A stretch of 50,067 nucleotides of DNA, counting the filler, from Obrimoposthia wandeli (lineage: Eukaryota): the NCBI GenBank assembly GCA_977020255.1. It is 4 parts of 4 records of this genome, joined end to end, with 100 filler letters (N's around TTAATTAATTAA, not from the genome) between each part and the next. Parts side by side here need not be neighbours in the genome. Positions count along the whole stretch, not along the records: positions 1 to 27,342 come from CDROCS010002597.1; 3 more parts are not named here. The stretch is one strand, 5' to 3'. The notes under the pieces were generated by a model. It was not told where the DNA came from, did not search any database, and worked only from the letters and a program-made list of their open reading frames with translations. Positions 1 to 11,163 of this stretch are shown piece after piece (position 1 is the first letter of the stretch; every line of letters starts with the position of its first letter). Both the position numbers and the translations under genes were made by a program.

Positions 1-579
1 TCTTACTTTTATTGCCTCAAAACATTTTCCGCAGTCAACGTGAATCTCTCTTGGTACGCCAAATTTAAGAATCCAACATTTTAGTATCGTTTCTATAACT
101 GTCTCTTCGTTTTGTCGTTTGATAGCTGTAAGCACTATATATTTGCTATGGTGGTTTATCATTGCCATAATATATTTTTTCTCTTTTTACTGTCTCTTTC
201 CATGGACCACAAATACAGTGTAAATGTAAATAAAGGCAATTACAATTAACAATGAATGCAGTTACAAGTACAAGTAAGATTCGTCATTGTTTTAATACAT
301 TTTAAACAATAAAAACCGCGCAATTTTTAAATTTTAATGTAATAAATTTGTTATTTTTTCTAAAGTTACAGTTAGATTATAGAATAATGCTATTAGGCTG
401 ACGGACATACATCAATGGATTCGATGAATAACTTGTGGTAAGATGAATATTTATCAAATTATTAATTATTTTATAATTAACATTATGTTTAAAATCAAAT
501 TTGTTTAATTAAATCAAAGAAACAATAAAAAATTTGGCACAAATTTAAATTTAAAAATATTTTTATTTTAGAAAATTAC

Positions 580-2102
580 AAGTATTTTTCCCCAGGACCC
601 CTTAAAGTATGCATGACATGAAATTTAAGTTATTTAAAGAAATTTTACCATAATTCTTTAAATGCATAAGCCTGGGAAAAACTTTGATCTAAATTTTCAC
701 ATATAATAGAATAATTGATTGATAGATGTGTTGGTACTTTAATATTTTATTTAAAAACTTGTTAAATTAAAATTTGTTTAACTTTAATAATATCTAATAA
801 ATTAAATTGGCGCAAATTTAAATTATTATTTTGAAAAAAACAAAATTACAAGTATTTTTATTTGTTTTTTTTCCACCAGGAATTGTTTAATTACATAAAT
901 AAAATGGATAAAAATTTGCGTAAATTTAAATATTTATGAAAAAAATAATAATAATAATAATACTGTTAGTAAAGTAATTTGAGTTTATTAACATTTTCCT
1001 TAATATTTATTTTAAATAATGTTACTTTAAAATTTTAAAAAATTCTATAAATTAAATTTGTTTAACTTTACCAAAATCTAACAAAATAATTTGGCACAAA
1101 TTTATTTTTAAAAATATTTTTATTTTAGAAAATTACAAGTATTTTTATTTTTCACCAGGACCTCTTAAAGTATGCATAACCTTAAGGGTATATTTGAACT
1201 CAATTTTCATAGACAAATACAACCATGTAATAAAATTATCATGTTTGTTCCAAATCTGACCCTTAACTTGTGGATGACCATAAAAATTTTTACATGAATA
1301 AACTCGTAATATGTTGACAAATACAACCATGTACTTGAAACTATTTAATTCTAATTTTTTTAAAACCCTTCATCTATGGACAACCATACCTATATGGATG
1401 AATTCGTATTCTAAAGATGATTCCAACCATGTATTCAAACCTTGATATTTTAAACTTGATTTTTATCTTTAGCCCGACCCTTTGATTTATAGACGTCCAT
1501 GATCCTTTAGATGTGTTGGTCAACCATAGTTGACCTCAATTATACCTTCAAACATTCAAGTCAAAACTGAGTTCGACCCTTTCGCCTATGGACGACCATG
1601 ACCCTTTAGGTATGTTGGTCAACTATAGATGGTCATGGTCATGCCTTCAAACATTCAAGTCCAAACTGAGTCCGACCCTTTGATTTATAGACGACCACAA
1701 CCCCTTGGGTATGTTGGCCGACCATAGTTGACCTCAATTATACCTTCAAACATTCAAGTCCAAACTGAGTCCGACCCTTTCGCCTATGGACGACCATGAC
1801 CTTTTAGATGTGTTGGTCAACCATAGTTGACCTCAATTATACCTTCAAACATTCAAGTCCAAACTGAGTCTGACCCTTTGACCTATGGACGACCACAACC
1901 CCTTGGGTATTTTGGCCGACCATAGACGGTCACGACCATACCTTCAAACCTTCATAACCTTTCTGAGCCAGACCCTTATGATGTGGCAAGACACCCCTAT
2001 GGTGAGGCAACATATACCCTTATGATGTGACACCCTTTAACTTGGTGTGCACACACAAGGGGGGACCCCCCCAGTGGTCTAGACTCCATCAAAGTACCTA
2101 CT
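580..2102. mobile_element. Polinton/Maverick right-hand terminal inverted repeat remnant ending ...AAAGTACCTACT (element body lies to the left)
   Basis: Ends in CTACT (reverse complement of the 5'-AGTAG Polinton terminus) at 2098-2102. Its reverse complement AGTAGGTACTTTGATGGAGTCTAG matches the left terminus at 24867 (AGTAGGTAGAAGGATGGAGTCTAAG). 625-712 matches 25590-25680 in inverted orientation. Left boundary approximate. Confidence 0.75.
1470..1975. repeat. 99-bp tandem repeat, ~5 copies, inside the Polinton TIR
   Basis: TTCAAACATTCAAGT (last copy variant) recurs at 1547, 1646, 1745, 1844 and 1943 (period 99). Confidence 0.9.
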
Positions 2103-2109
2103 ATCTTTG

Positions 2110-2560
2110 AATTCAATGTACATTATCGAGTATTGGCTCACAACTAATTCAACACGATAATACTGAGGGTAGTTTCAAAATTGATTATCAATTTTCAATC
2201 AATTTACCAAGTTCTTAGGAAACAGCTCACAGAATACTGTTGATTGTTCTCTTAAAAATATTTTAAGTGAAACTGAGATTGAATAAATTTAGAAAAAATA
2301 TCAGATGAAGTAACATAAGTAGAGATAAGATTATAAATTGGAAAGTATCGTGAATCGTTTTTTTCTTGCCATGAATTTACAGTATTTTTAAATTGTCAAA
2401 ATCAAATTCAAGTTCTTGGAAAATTTGATAAATTATGAATTGTTTTCGATGATGATAAAATAGCTTGGCCATTTGGATTTTATAATGAGAATAATACAAG
2501 CAAATTTATTTCATCTGACGTATTGGATATATCAAAAATGGTAACATTACTGATGTTGGT
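2110..2560 (-). pseudogene. Middle fragment of Polinton minor capsid (penton) gene, copy A
   Basis: Degenerate translation (KQFIIYQIFQEL, KIDNQF) resembles the penton middle region of copy C (LKYIQLIQLIFESL, KIDSEV). It follows the truncated integrase, which implies an internal deletion. Confidence 0.4.
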
Positions 2561-3070
2561 TTCGTTTGAGTAAAAACGTTCATGTTATAAATTTATATTT
2601 AAACAATAGCACACAACAGACAGTTCCTATTTCTTCTTTTTATTAAAAGTTGCTTTAACATGTTTGTTATAAAACTCTTTCCTAGCATCTGTTTGTAAAT
2701 TATCGAGTACAACATCGATCATATTTTGATGGCAGCATCTATATCTTTAGCGGATTTAGATTTTACAAGTTCAGCACGCCCAAATCTAGTAAATACATCA
2801 ATACATGTTAAATATATATTTGTAACCGCTATTGATACGCTCATAAAGTATCATTCCCATCAAATCCATTTGCCATAAATTTTAGGGACACTAGTCTTGT
2901 ACTATCGTGTCGGGAACCTTTTCCGCATCGGTTTGTTGAGACTGTACGCCAGTTGATTGTTCAGCCATGTTTGAGTTTTCTTTTGGCTCGACTTGGCGTT
3001 ACACTTGATAGAGTTCCAATGCCGCTGTATCCATCTGGGTCTTCAGGATCGTACCACCTCGTTTCTATTA
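2560..3070 (-). pseudogene. Polinton RVE (retroviral-like) integrase, N-terminal half, copy A
   Basis: WYDPEDPDGYSG..WLNNQLAYSLNKPMRKRFPTR..GYKYILTCIDVFTRF..GKEFYNK motifs with frameshifts; homologous to the integrase at 33670-34517. Confidence 0.85.
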
Positions 3071-3119
3071 CAACAATTTATTTTAAAATCAAAATTAGAT
3101 AAGTTGTTGCCCATACTCT

Positions 3120-3413
3120 TTAGGCAACAGCTCTAGCAAGTAAGGGACCCAATAAAGTTGCAACTATCAGTAAAAGTGCACCAATAAATCCTCCTTTGTG
3201 ACCCAATACTATTTTCCTTCGACCAGAACCACTTTTTGTATTAACAATATCAAGTAATACTTTTTTGTGTTTTGTAACTTTAGATTTATGTTTACCGAGA
3301 TTGACTTTTCCTTTAACTATATTAAACAGAATTTCAACAAATTTATTTATAACAAAATGGGGAAATGACTTGAGAATTCGAGCTCTTGGTGAACTAGGTG
3401 CCTTTAAAAACAT
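3120..3413 (-). CDS. Polinton/adintovirus virion protein with C-terminal adenovirus pX-like amphipathic peptide (KGG|FIGALLLIVATLLG), copy A
   Basis: The ORF ends HKGGFIGALLLIVATLLGPLLARAVA, resembling the GG-cleaved C-terminus of adenovirus pX. Homologues occur in the same slot at 8080-8456 and 37600-37890. Confidence 0.7.
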   Translation of the reverse strand: MFLKAPSSPRARILKSFPHFVINKFVEILFNIVKGKVNLGKHKSKVTKHKKVLLDIVNTKSGSGRRKIVLGHKGGFIGALLLIVATLLGPLLARAVA

Positions 3414-3479
3414 TAGAAAGTAAGGTAAAACGTTTTTAATTATTATTTAAACTGAAAGTACATATATTGTTTATAGTCT

Positions 3480-3730
3480 TATTGAGAAAATGGGTTTTTT
3501 CCTCCTTTTTATTTTCTCTTTTTATCAGTTATAATCCAATTCTTTGTCTTTTTAACACGTTTATTCTTAGAACACTTCTTTTTAACACGTTTCTTTTTAG
3601 TACTCGGTTTTGTCTTCCTTTTTAAAATAGGCATTTTGCCTTCACTTCAACACTGTTTTTATCAATTTCTTTACTCGTTTAGCTTTGATATCATCACCAG
3701 GTTTCCAATTTGTATCAACATAATTAGGCC
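3480..3730 (-). pseudogene. Small Lys/Arg-rich ORF (candidate DNA-condensing core protein), copy A
   Basis: KRKTKPSTKKKRVKKKCSKNKRVKK-type stretch between the ATPase and the pX-like gene; a similar basic ORF occupies the same slot at 8460-8590. Function is inferred from composition only. Confidence 0.35.
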
Positions 3731-3734
3731 TTTC

Positions 3735-4400
3735 AATTTTTTCGAAATTCATTTTTAAGAAATATTATATTTGTTTTTGTTTATATACCATACAGTCGTT
3801 GAAAATATCGGTTCTTATTCTCAATTCATCAGGACATGATTAAGTAAAATCAAGAAACAAGTAAGCATGAGGATTTTTAGTGGCATCTTGAAATGAATTT
3901 ATCAAATATTGTCTGTTATTAGAAAATGCTTGACGTGAAACATAGTCAAAAACCGTTTGATCACGAGGATTCTTAAACAAAACCAAATAATGTACGTTTA
4001 AATTACGTGTTCTATGTTTACCGCCTTGATGAAATAGGTTTTTAGTAATGGAAATTACGGTAACACAATTATGTCTTGATATATTAATGAATAAAATATT
4101 AAAGTTTGACTAATTATTTACTTCTTCATAAAAGTCATCAATTATTATAACATCATCACATTTTAACCGTTTTAACAAGTTTTGATCAAGACCATTGATA
4201 CATTTTATCTTTTTAAGTTTTCATAATTCACTTTTTGTTAACCCGGATTCACAAACATCACCATAATGCCAATAAATCTTATTAAATCGATTATTAAACA
4301 TTTTAGTGTTTTGTAATAATTTATTTACAAAATGTGTTTTTCCACTACCAATGGGTCCCACTATCTGATATACCGTATCGTTTTAAAGTTTCATAATAAT
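3735..4400 (-). pseudogene. Polinton A32/FtsK-like packaging ATPase, copy A
   Basis: Walker A QIVGPIGSGKT (~4335-4365), Walker B DDVIIIDD, and NIFHQGGKHRTRNLNVHYLVLFKNPRDQ...YLFLDF...ELRIRTDIF; frameshifted. Confidence 0.9.
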
Positions 4401-4689
4401 AATAATAATAAGAAGAAGAATATTGTTTATAAGCATTTTATTAATATATACACCGAAAATGAATTAAAAATTGATACAGAAAAGGTTATATACATCATAT
4501 TTGAACGATTAATCTGAATGAAATTTTCAAAATCCTTTTTCCATTTGATATCTCTATAGACATGGGTGCGAACAATTTCCTTTACATTATCACGAGAAAG
4601 TTCATTAAACTTAGAAAAGTATTGAACTCCATTTATTGTTCAGTTTATAATTTCATCAACAACATCATCAACTAATTTATTGTTTTTAT

Positions 4690-5535
4690 TCATTTTGTAT
4701 AAATCCTCAAATTGCAATTGTTTATACCATTCAATTTTACATTTCTTACTCTCCTTTCAATTATACGTCGACACACTGGACATGAATGTAACCTTATAGA
4801 ACATGAAATACATGTTTTTACATGTCCGCATGGTAGAAATACTACTTCAATATGATTTTTTAAACACAATACACATTCAGGTTCTTTTAAAATGTTTGAA
4901 AGTATATTTATATATTGTTTTTCAGGTTTTATTTCTAAATAAGATAAATTACAAATCATTTCAAATATGGATTTGTATTCTCCATATCGCATCATTTTAT
5001 ATTTTAAAACAGATTTTATTTTATCTTTTGTGTACAACCTTTTCAAATATCTGATTTGGCTTGTATCCATCAACATATCGAATTTTTTATCGTTAAAGGA
5101 TATTCGATAATACAATATGTTTCGATTTTCTCAATAACATTAACATCATTATAGTTTCCTAAACTTTTTAAATAACATATATTAGGTAATTTTACATCAA
5201 TGTCTGTTACATATACTTTTCCAATCAATGGTGATGGATCAAAATCAATAGTTTCACAAGTTTCAATTATTGTTACATTTGAAACATTTAATTTTAAAAG
5301 AAATGGGCATGCAGGAAAAAATTTCATATGCTGCTTCATTGGTTTAAGATACGATTCCCAATCAGATAATGCACCTTGACAGTATATATATTTTACTTTA
5401 TCGGTTAAATCATCATCATGTTTATAAAATTCGGCTTTAGCTAAATCACCTTTAGATTGTTTTCCTTTAAAATTTAATAATAACGATTTCAATCTTTCAT
5501 CCTCATGTTTATATTTTTCCTGTAAAACATTCATT
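4690..5535 (-). pseudogene. iap: Inhibitor of apoptosis (BIR + C-terminal RING), split over ORFs 5070-5648 and 4690-5115
   Basis: BIR: EDERLKS..DLAKAEFY..DKVKYIYCQGALSDWE..PMKQHMKFFPACPF (first Cys apparently changed to Tyr). RING: CVLCLKNHIEVVFLPCGHVKTCISCSIRLHSCPVCRRII. Frameshift near 5070-5115. Confidence 0.88.
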
Positions 5536-5598
5536 CTAGAATATTTTACTTTTCGTCTAACTAAAACATTATTAATTGTCGTATATTGTCGTATATTA

Positions 5599-6083
5599 TC
5601 AATAAGCATTTTTAAAAATCGAAAAACATATTGGTTTATAAGAAACATTCAAGAAAAAATACAATAGACTCAACATGACAATGATAATCAAAATCTTTAA
5701 TACCATGAATAATCACTTTTCCACTAGCAAACACATTAACACCTAGAAGATAAAACTTTAAAATTCAGAGTGCTGGAAAGAATTCTGGCTCAAATATACA
5801 ATTTCTTTCCATTTTCATAGATATCTTGTACAAATTAACCTTCTTGCTGATATTCACTAGGATACTTAGAGATTGAATATGTCCAATTTCTATATTTTGA
5901 ACATGTTTGATTGGTTGTTGGCAACCAATAATCCTGCATGAGCCTAAATAGTAGTAGTAATAATAATAATAATAATAATACCTGATAGAAATATAACTAT
6001 AGTATAATCCTTTAACTTTTCAACATATTATATAGGTTTCTTTAAATTTACTTTTTTAATGTCATAGACTTATATAAATTCAT
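5599..6083 (-). pseudogene. TATA-binding-protein-like (TBP-fold) gene, copy A, two exons with a 38-nt intron at 5944-5981
   Basis: Spliced translation ..KDYTIVIFLSG|SCRIIGC..HIQSLSILVNISKKVNLYKI..CIFEPEFFPAL*ILKFYLLGVNVFASGKVIIHGIKDFD matches both TBP repeat signatures (IFxSGKxxxxG; YEPELFPGL..IFVSGKVVLTGAK). One internal TGA and a 5' frameshift. Confidence 0.8.
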
Positions 6084-6166
6084 ATTATCCAATGAGAATC
6101 AACAACCAATCAGATTCAAGTAGTCAACTATAACTATCAAAACATTTCAGTTTACTCTTATTAATC

Positions 6167-6427
6167 ATGTTCAATTTACAAAAACCAATTTTGAAGAGCA
6201 TGAAGAAGAGGAAGAATGGAATTTTAAATGCAACCAAGGTTGTCCATATATATTCTGATGATACAGAATTAGAATATATTTTTAGTGAAGACCTGTTTAA
6301 TGAAGATGTACCTTATTTCAGCTATACTATGAATTTTCTCAAGATGCCTGTTCCATATGGATATCTATACTCTGTTATGATAAAAAAAGTTAAGTTTGAT
6401 CTCAAGGTTCATCTCAAGAATCCATAA
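6167..6427 (+). CDS. Hypothetical ORF divergent from the TBP-like gene (probably element-borne)
   Basis: 86-aa ORF from the track; no recognisable motif. Confidence 0.25.
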   Translation: MFNLQKPILKSMKKRKNGILNATKVVHIYSDDTELEYIFSEDLFNEDVPYFSYTMNFLKMPVPYGYLYSVMIKKVKFDLKVHLKNP

Positions 6428-6569
6428 TACAGACATTAATAATATCAATGCTATTTTTAAAGGAATGAAATTGCATATTAAAATTGAAAACTTTAGTGCT
6501 TCCATTAAAGCCGATGAACAGCTGTTCTCTGGAATATATAATTTAGCCGAATAAGAAACAGACAATGTG

Positions 6570-7268
6570 GAATCAGATGGTATTCCATTACCCTATATTT
6601 CAGATTGTTAAAGACTGATCAAGCAATTGTGGCTTGCCCCAATGTTGATACAAAAACCAACAGACAATACAACCCCAAGTTGAGAATTCAAAATACGATG
6701 CAAAATGCACATGCAGTCAAATTCCCAGGTACTAAAAAACATCCACCATAATCGTTATGATATCGAATCAAATGTAATACGTTACTCTAAGGTACCAGAC
6801 AAGTCGATTCAATGAATTAGGTACCAAATCGGATCTAGAAAACCTGATCACAGAAACCATAGTATGATCATCGAAAAGAAAAAAGTGAAACGAAAACTTC
6901 CACTGGATCTCAAATCTTGATTAGTTATAAAACTTGAATAGGCACCCAAAGTACAGAAACTTCACGCAATCGAAAGATCAAAACTAAAATACGAAAATCG
7001 AACATCATTTGAAACATCGTTCGAATCTGTAAATGACAAGGAAAATCGTGATTACCAGATTACAGACAACGGAATAACACCAGTCCATGTTCTAATAGCA
7101 ATGACCGTAGTATCTATTACAGTATTCCTACTAACAGTAATGTGCGTAAAAGGCAGTCAAGTATTCCCAAAGATACGACGAATATGTAGAGAACTACAAT
7201 GCTGCAGCACACCTATGATGGATGAAGTGAAATTGCGACCCTTCCCTCCACATCCTATAAAGGCTTGA
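6570..7268 (+). pseudogene. Decayed type-I membrane protein C-terminus (env-like)
   Basis: Last frame reads ..DNGITPVHVLIAMTVVSITVFLLTVMCVKGSQVFPKIRRICRELQCC..PIKA*, i.e. a transmembrane helix plus a basic/Cys tail; upstream part has many stops. Confidence 0.35.
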
Positions 7269-7689
7269 CATATGTCAAATGAAGTTGTAGATAAACTAGT
7301 TTATACAAGATGTAGAAAAATATTGTAAATATTGAGTGTAAAAAGTGATTGTAGAAATGTGTAGAAATCATGTAGAAATAAATTGTCGTCGTGAATTTAG
7401 AATGTCTGAGGAATTCCCAATATGTTTATAGGATAACCCAATACTTGCAACCACCTATATCACGAGGAATGTGCCTCGAAATGGATCATAACTTATGGAG
7501 ATCTAATCCATTTAACGTACCATCGCTGCCCGGTGTGCAGAAGACAACTCACAAAGTACATCATAATCGAATCAAACAAAGAATACATATATGTATAAGT
7601 AGAAATTTGTTGGAGGAACCTTGGATAATGTTTGTTTTTCTTCTGTATGACAGAACGACAAGATCCAGTCACTTTTGTGTAAACATCAC

Positions 7690-8030
7690 ATAACAACTGG
7701 AATTGCATGAGCAAACCTGCTAAAAACATCATTACATGTTAAAATATATCGGTATCCCTTATTAATGGAAAAATATGGAATCATCTCCATCAAATTTATT
7801 TGGCATAAATTATTAGGACCACTGGTTTTGTATGCTCTAGTTGGAAACCTTCTTCTTATCGGCTTGTTCAGAATGTAGGCTAACTGATCGCTCGGCCATT
7901 TCTGCGTTTTCTTATAATTATGTTTTTTTCTTTTTACCAATTTTGAAACTCATGTGTAGCCAATTGGATCTTTTGGATTGAACCATATCTTCTGCATTAC
8001 AACAATTTGAATAGAAAGAAAATTTAACTT
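7690..8030 (-). pseudogene. Polinton RVE integrase N-terminal fragment, copy B
   Basis: QLAYILNKPIRRRFPTRAYKTSGPNNLCQINLMEMIPYFSINKGYRYILTCNDVFSRFAHAIPV; truncated at ~7690. Confidence 0.85.
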
Positions 8031-8079
8031 TAGGTAAAGAAGTGTTAGCACCCATATCTTTAGGTGATTTTTGAAATAA

Positions 8080-8456
8080 TTGTTTATGTACGTGTCGCAG
8101 CTATAATACTACTGATAATTGAAGCAACAACTGGTATAACAGCCCCTTTGAAACCGCCATTATGTTTAAGAATAATATTTCGTTTCCCTTTTTTTACTTT
8201 TTACATTAGCAATATATAAAAGAGTTTTTCTATATTTCTTTAATACATTTCTCCCTTTTCAAATTTTTTCTCGACCCAAAACTATATTATACAAAACTTC
8301 TATTAAATCATCTACAACAAAAGATGAAAATGCTTTAAGAATACTCATTCTCTTATGAGAAGAGGCTTTGACGAAAGCTTTAAAATAGGGTAGGCTTCTT
8401 TGTTTTTCATAATTTAAAAAAAGTTCAATTTTAATATTGTTTATATTCGAAACCAT
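8080..8456 (-). pseudogene. pX-like GG-motif virion protein, copy B
   Basis: FKAFVKASSHKRMSILKAFSSFVVDDLIEVLYNIVLG.. followed by KHNGGFKGAVIPVVASIIS; homologous to 3120-3413. Confidence 0.7.
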
Positions 8457-8619
8457 TTAAGTTTTCTTTTCTTTCGAACTATAGATTTGATTAATTTTTT
8501 CACTTCTATTTTCTTAAGGATTTTTTTTTATTTCTTAGGCTTTACTTTACGTTTACGTTTTACTATCAACTTCTTAAAAGGCATTGCAAATTTATTTTTT
8601 ATAATTGTTCTCTATTTGT

Positions 8620-9235
8620 TTATAAACAGTTACTTCCTTAGAATTAAATATGTCTGTTAAAACATGTAAATCATCTGAGCAAGCTTGTGTAAAGTCAATA
8701 AATATATACCCATGTGCTTGTTTAGCAGCATCAGGGAATGAATCAACGAGAAATTTCTTATTTTGAGGAAATGCCTGTCTGACTACGAAATCTACAACTG
8801 TTTGATCTCTAGGATTTTTAAATAAAACTAAGTAATGAACATTAAAATTTATTGTTGTATGATGATCTCCTTGGGAGAAAATATTTTGAGTGATAAATAT
8901 AACTGTTACTTCACGATGTCTTGCAATCTTTGTAAATAAATTATTAAAGTCTGATTCCTTGTTAGCCTCTGATACAAATCATCAATTATTATTACATCTT
9001 CTTTTTTCAATCTTTCGCACCAATTCGCATCAAATCCTTCAATAAAATTTATTCCTTTCAACTTGCAAACTTCTGTTTGGGTTAATCCACTTTCCCCTCC
9101 TCCATCATGAGACCAATAAATATTTTTGAAACTAGAATTGTAAAGAGAATCATTTTGCAACAATTTACATACGGAATGTGTCTTTCCACTTCCATTGGGA
9201 TCAACTATTTGAAATACGGCATTATTATTTAGCTA
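8620..9235 (-). pseudogene. Polinton packaging ATPase, copy B
   Basis: QIVDPNGSGKT (degenerate Walker A), KNIYWSH, KEDVIIIDDLY (Walker B), downstream LFKNPRDQ motif. Confidence 0.88.
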
Positions 9236-9449
9236 CATTACATAAACTCTTTCATTTTATTATTGTTTCCTTATTGACATGTATAATGTTAAAGCTATTG
9301 TAGATGAAATAAAAAAATTAATTAAGGAATATTTGACTATAATTTTTTTTTATTTATGTTCGATTTCTAAATTTTCTAATAACGTGTGATCTAACCAATA
9401 TTTCAATGTTATCTCTTGTTATATCATTATTTTTTAATTCTGATAAAAT

Positions 9450-9707
9450 TTATTTACCCTTAATTTTCCCAGAAAATATTTCGTCGACAAGACGGTCCAC
9501 TTCATTGTCTGTATTTATAGTATTATTCATTTGAAATAATAAATTTAAACAGGTTTTATTATAGAAAAAATATAACAAGATGTAATAAAATATATTTTCT
9601 AAAATCGATTCGACAATGTCTGGATAATCAAAATTTTTCAATCCCAATATCATAACGTTGCCACTGAAAAATATATTTACACATAGAGGTTTAAACTTCA
9701 AATAACT
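9450..9707 (-). pseudogene. C-terminal end of TBP-like gene (copy B) running into the small pre-ATPase ORF; 5' part replaced by RT fragment
   Basis: KFKPLCVNIFFSGNVMILGLKNFDY equals the last strands of the TBP fold. The DNA is near-identical to 38400-38645 up to the junction at ~9707. Confidence 0.75.
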
Positions 9708-9710
9708 GAA

Positions 9711-10820
9711 ATGCAGACTATGGCAGACATAGGATATGCTCCTTATGCTATGATTAAAGCGTCACAACGAAAAAGAAGATATATCGAACCAGAAGAGAAA
9801 TTACATATTAGTGCCTGTGTCAATGCCTTGTTACAAGCCGGTATCATTGAAAAATCAACAAAAGGTCCTTTCTGTTCTCAAGTGAGAATGGTTCCGAAGT
9901 CCAGCTCTCATCTCAGAAGACTAATTGTTGACTTCAAGCACCTTACGCCTCATCTGCCTAAGTTCCAAACCTATTTAACAAGTTGGAGGTGATACCAGAA
10001 GATAGAAGAGCAATCCGCATCGATCTAAAATGAGCGTTCTATCAAGTCAAGATCAGACAAGCGGCAAGACACCTCAGCAACTTCTGGCATGAATATCACT
10101 ATTTTAGATTCACTAGACTGCCTATGGGTCTGAGGCAGAGTCCTGCCATACTACAATGGATTATTATGCAGATCTAAAGATAGTTAACCTCAAAACTGAC
10201 TGTGGACTTTGCTCATGTTCATATTGATGATGTATTAATTATTGCGAAAAGAAAGTCAAAAGTGTGGAAACATGTGGAACAATTTTCTGAGAACTGGGGA
10301 CTCTAGATTAATTACAAAAGTTCCAGCTACAACCAGTGTCCCAAATGGAGTATTGCAGCATGGTTGTTGACATCTTACGTCAAGAGATCAGACTATCAGA
10401 GGTTGAATGGCACACAGCGGATGACATCATCAACAGCGACCGATATTGTGATCATGTAATCGGCTTTCTGAATTATGTCAGCTGTGTGTTGCATTATGTT
10501 AACACCAAACTAAGAAGACAATGCTACGAGATCTTGAAAAAATATACGCCAACTTGGTCATGGAAAAAAGAAACTAAGCAGTTAAGGGCCTCCGATGCCA
10601 CCAACACCACGATAGCCTTTACCCAAATAAGACCGTAAACAAGAACTATGATGGCGGCAAAGATTGAAAATCAGAACATATATCTTCAGAAAGCAAGAGC
10701 ATTGCTTATAGCTATGTGGAAGGCCAAGAAAAGAGACACCATCCTAAGCGACAACATGGGCATTATTTGGTGCATCAGAAATAAAAGAATATTGCCAGTC
10801 TTATTTCAGTTAAGATAATT
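9711..10820 (+). pseudogene. Reverse transcriptase + RNase H fragment (DIRS/Ngaro- or hepadna-like lineage)
   Basis: LLQAGIIEKS..FCSQVRMVPK..RLIVDFKHL; IDLK*AFYQVKI; RLPMGLRQSP; HVHIDDVLII; INYKK..EYC; RNase H-like ASDAT..NIYLQKARALL..ILSDNMGII. Several stops and frameshifts. Confidence 0.85.
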
Positions 10821-11007
10821 TCAATGCTAACCTCCAAGGTGTTGTTATAAATAGAATTGGCTTCTTACAACCCATGATTCTACCTTTACATGTCTTAAAT
10901 ATCACTATAATATAATATTTGATAAATGTTTAGGTTTCCTTTTGAAATCTAAACAACTAATATTATTCAGCACAATACCTTTTAATTTATATTTTATGAT
11001 ATATGCA

Positions 11008-11163
11008 GACCAGATCGCATTTCACCATGCCAACATTGCATACATCGATGACAGCGGAAGTGCAGAAATCATCTACATCGGCGGTTGCCTCTATGTCAAC
11101 AAAAGCGTCTCCATGAGCAGCGGAACGGCAAGAATTGACAACAAATCTGTTACAATTTCCTAA
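11008..11163 (+). other. Possible coding exon of unknown function upstream of pPolB
   Basis: AT-rich tract ending TGCAG followed by the open, GC-richer frame DQIAFHHANIAYIDDSGSAEIIYIGGCLYVNK; no family recognised. Confidence 0.25.
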
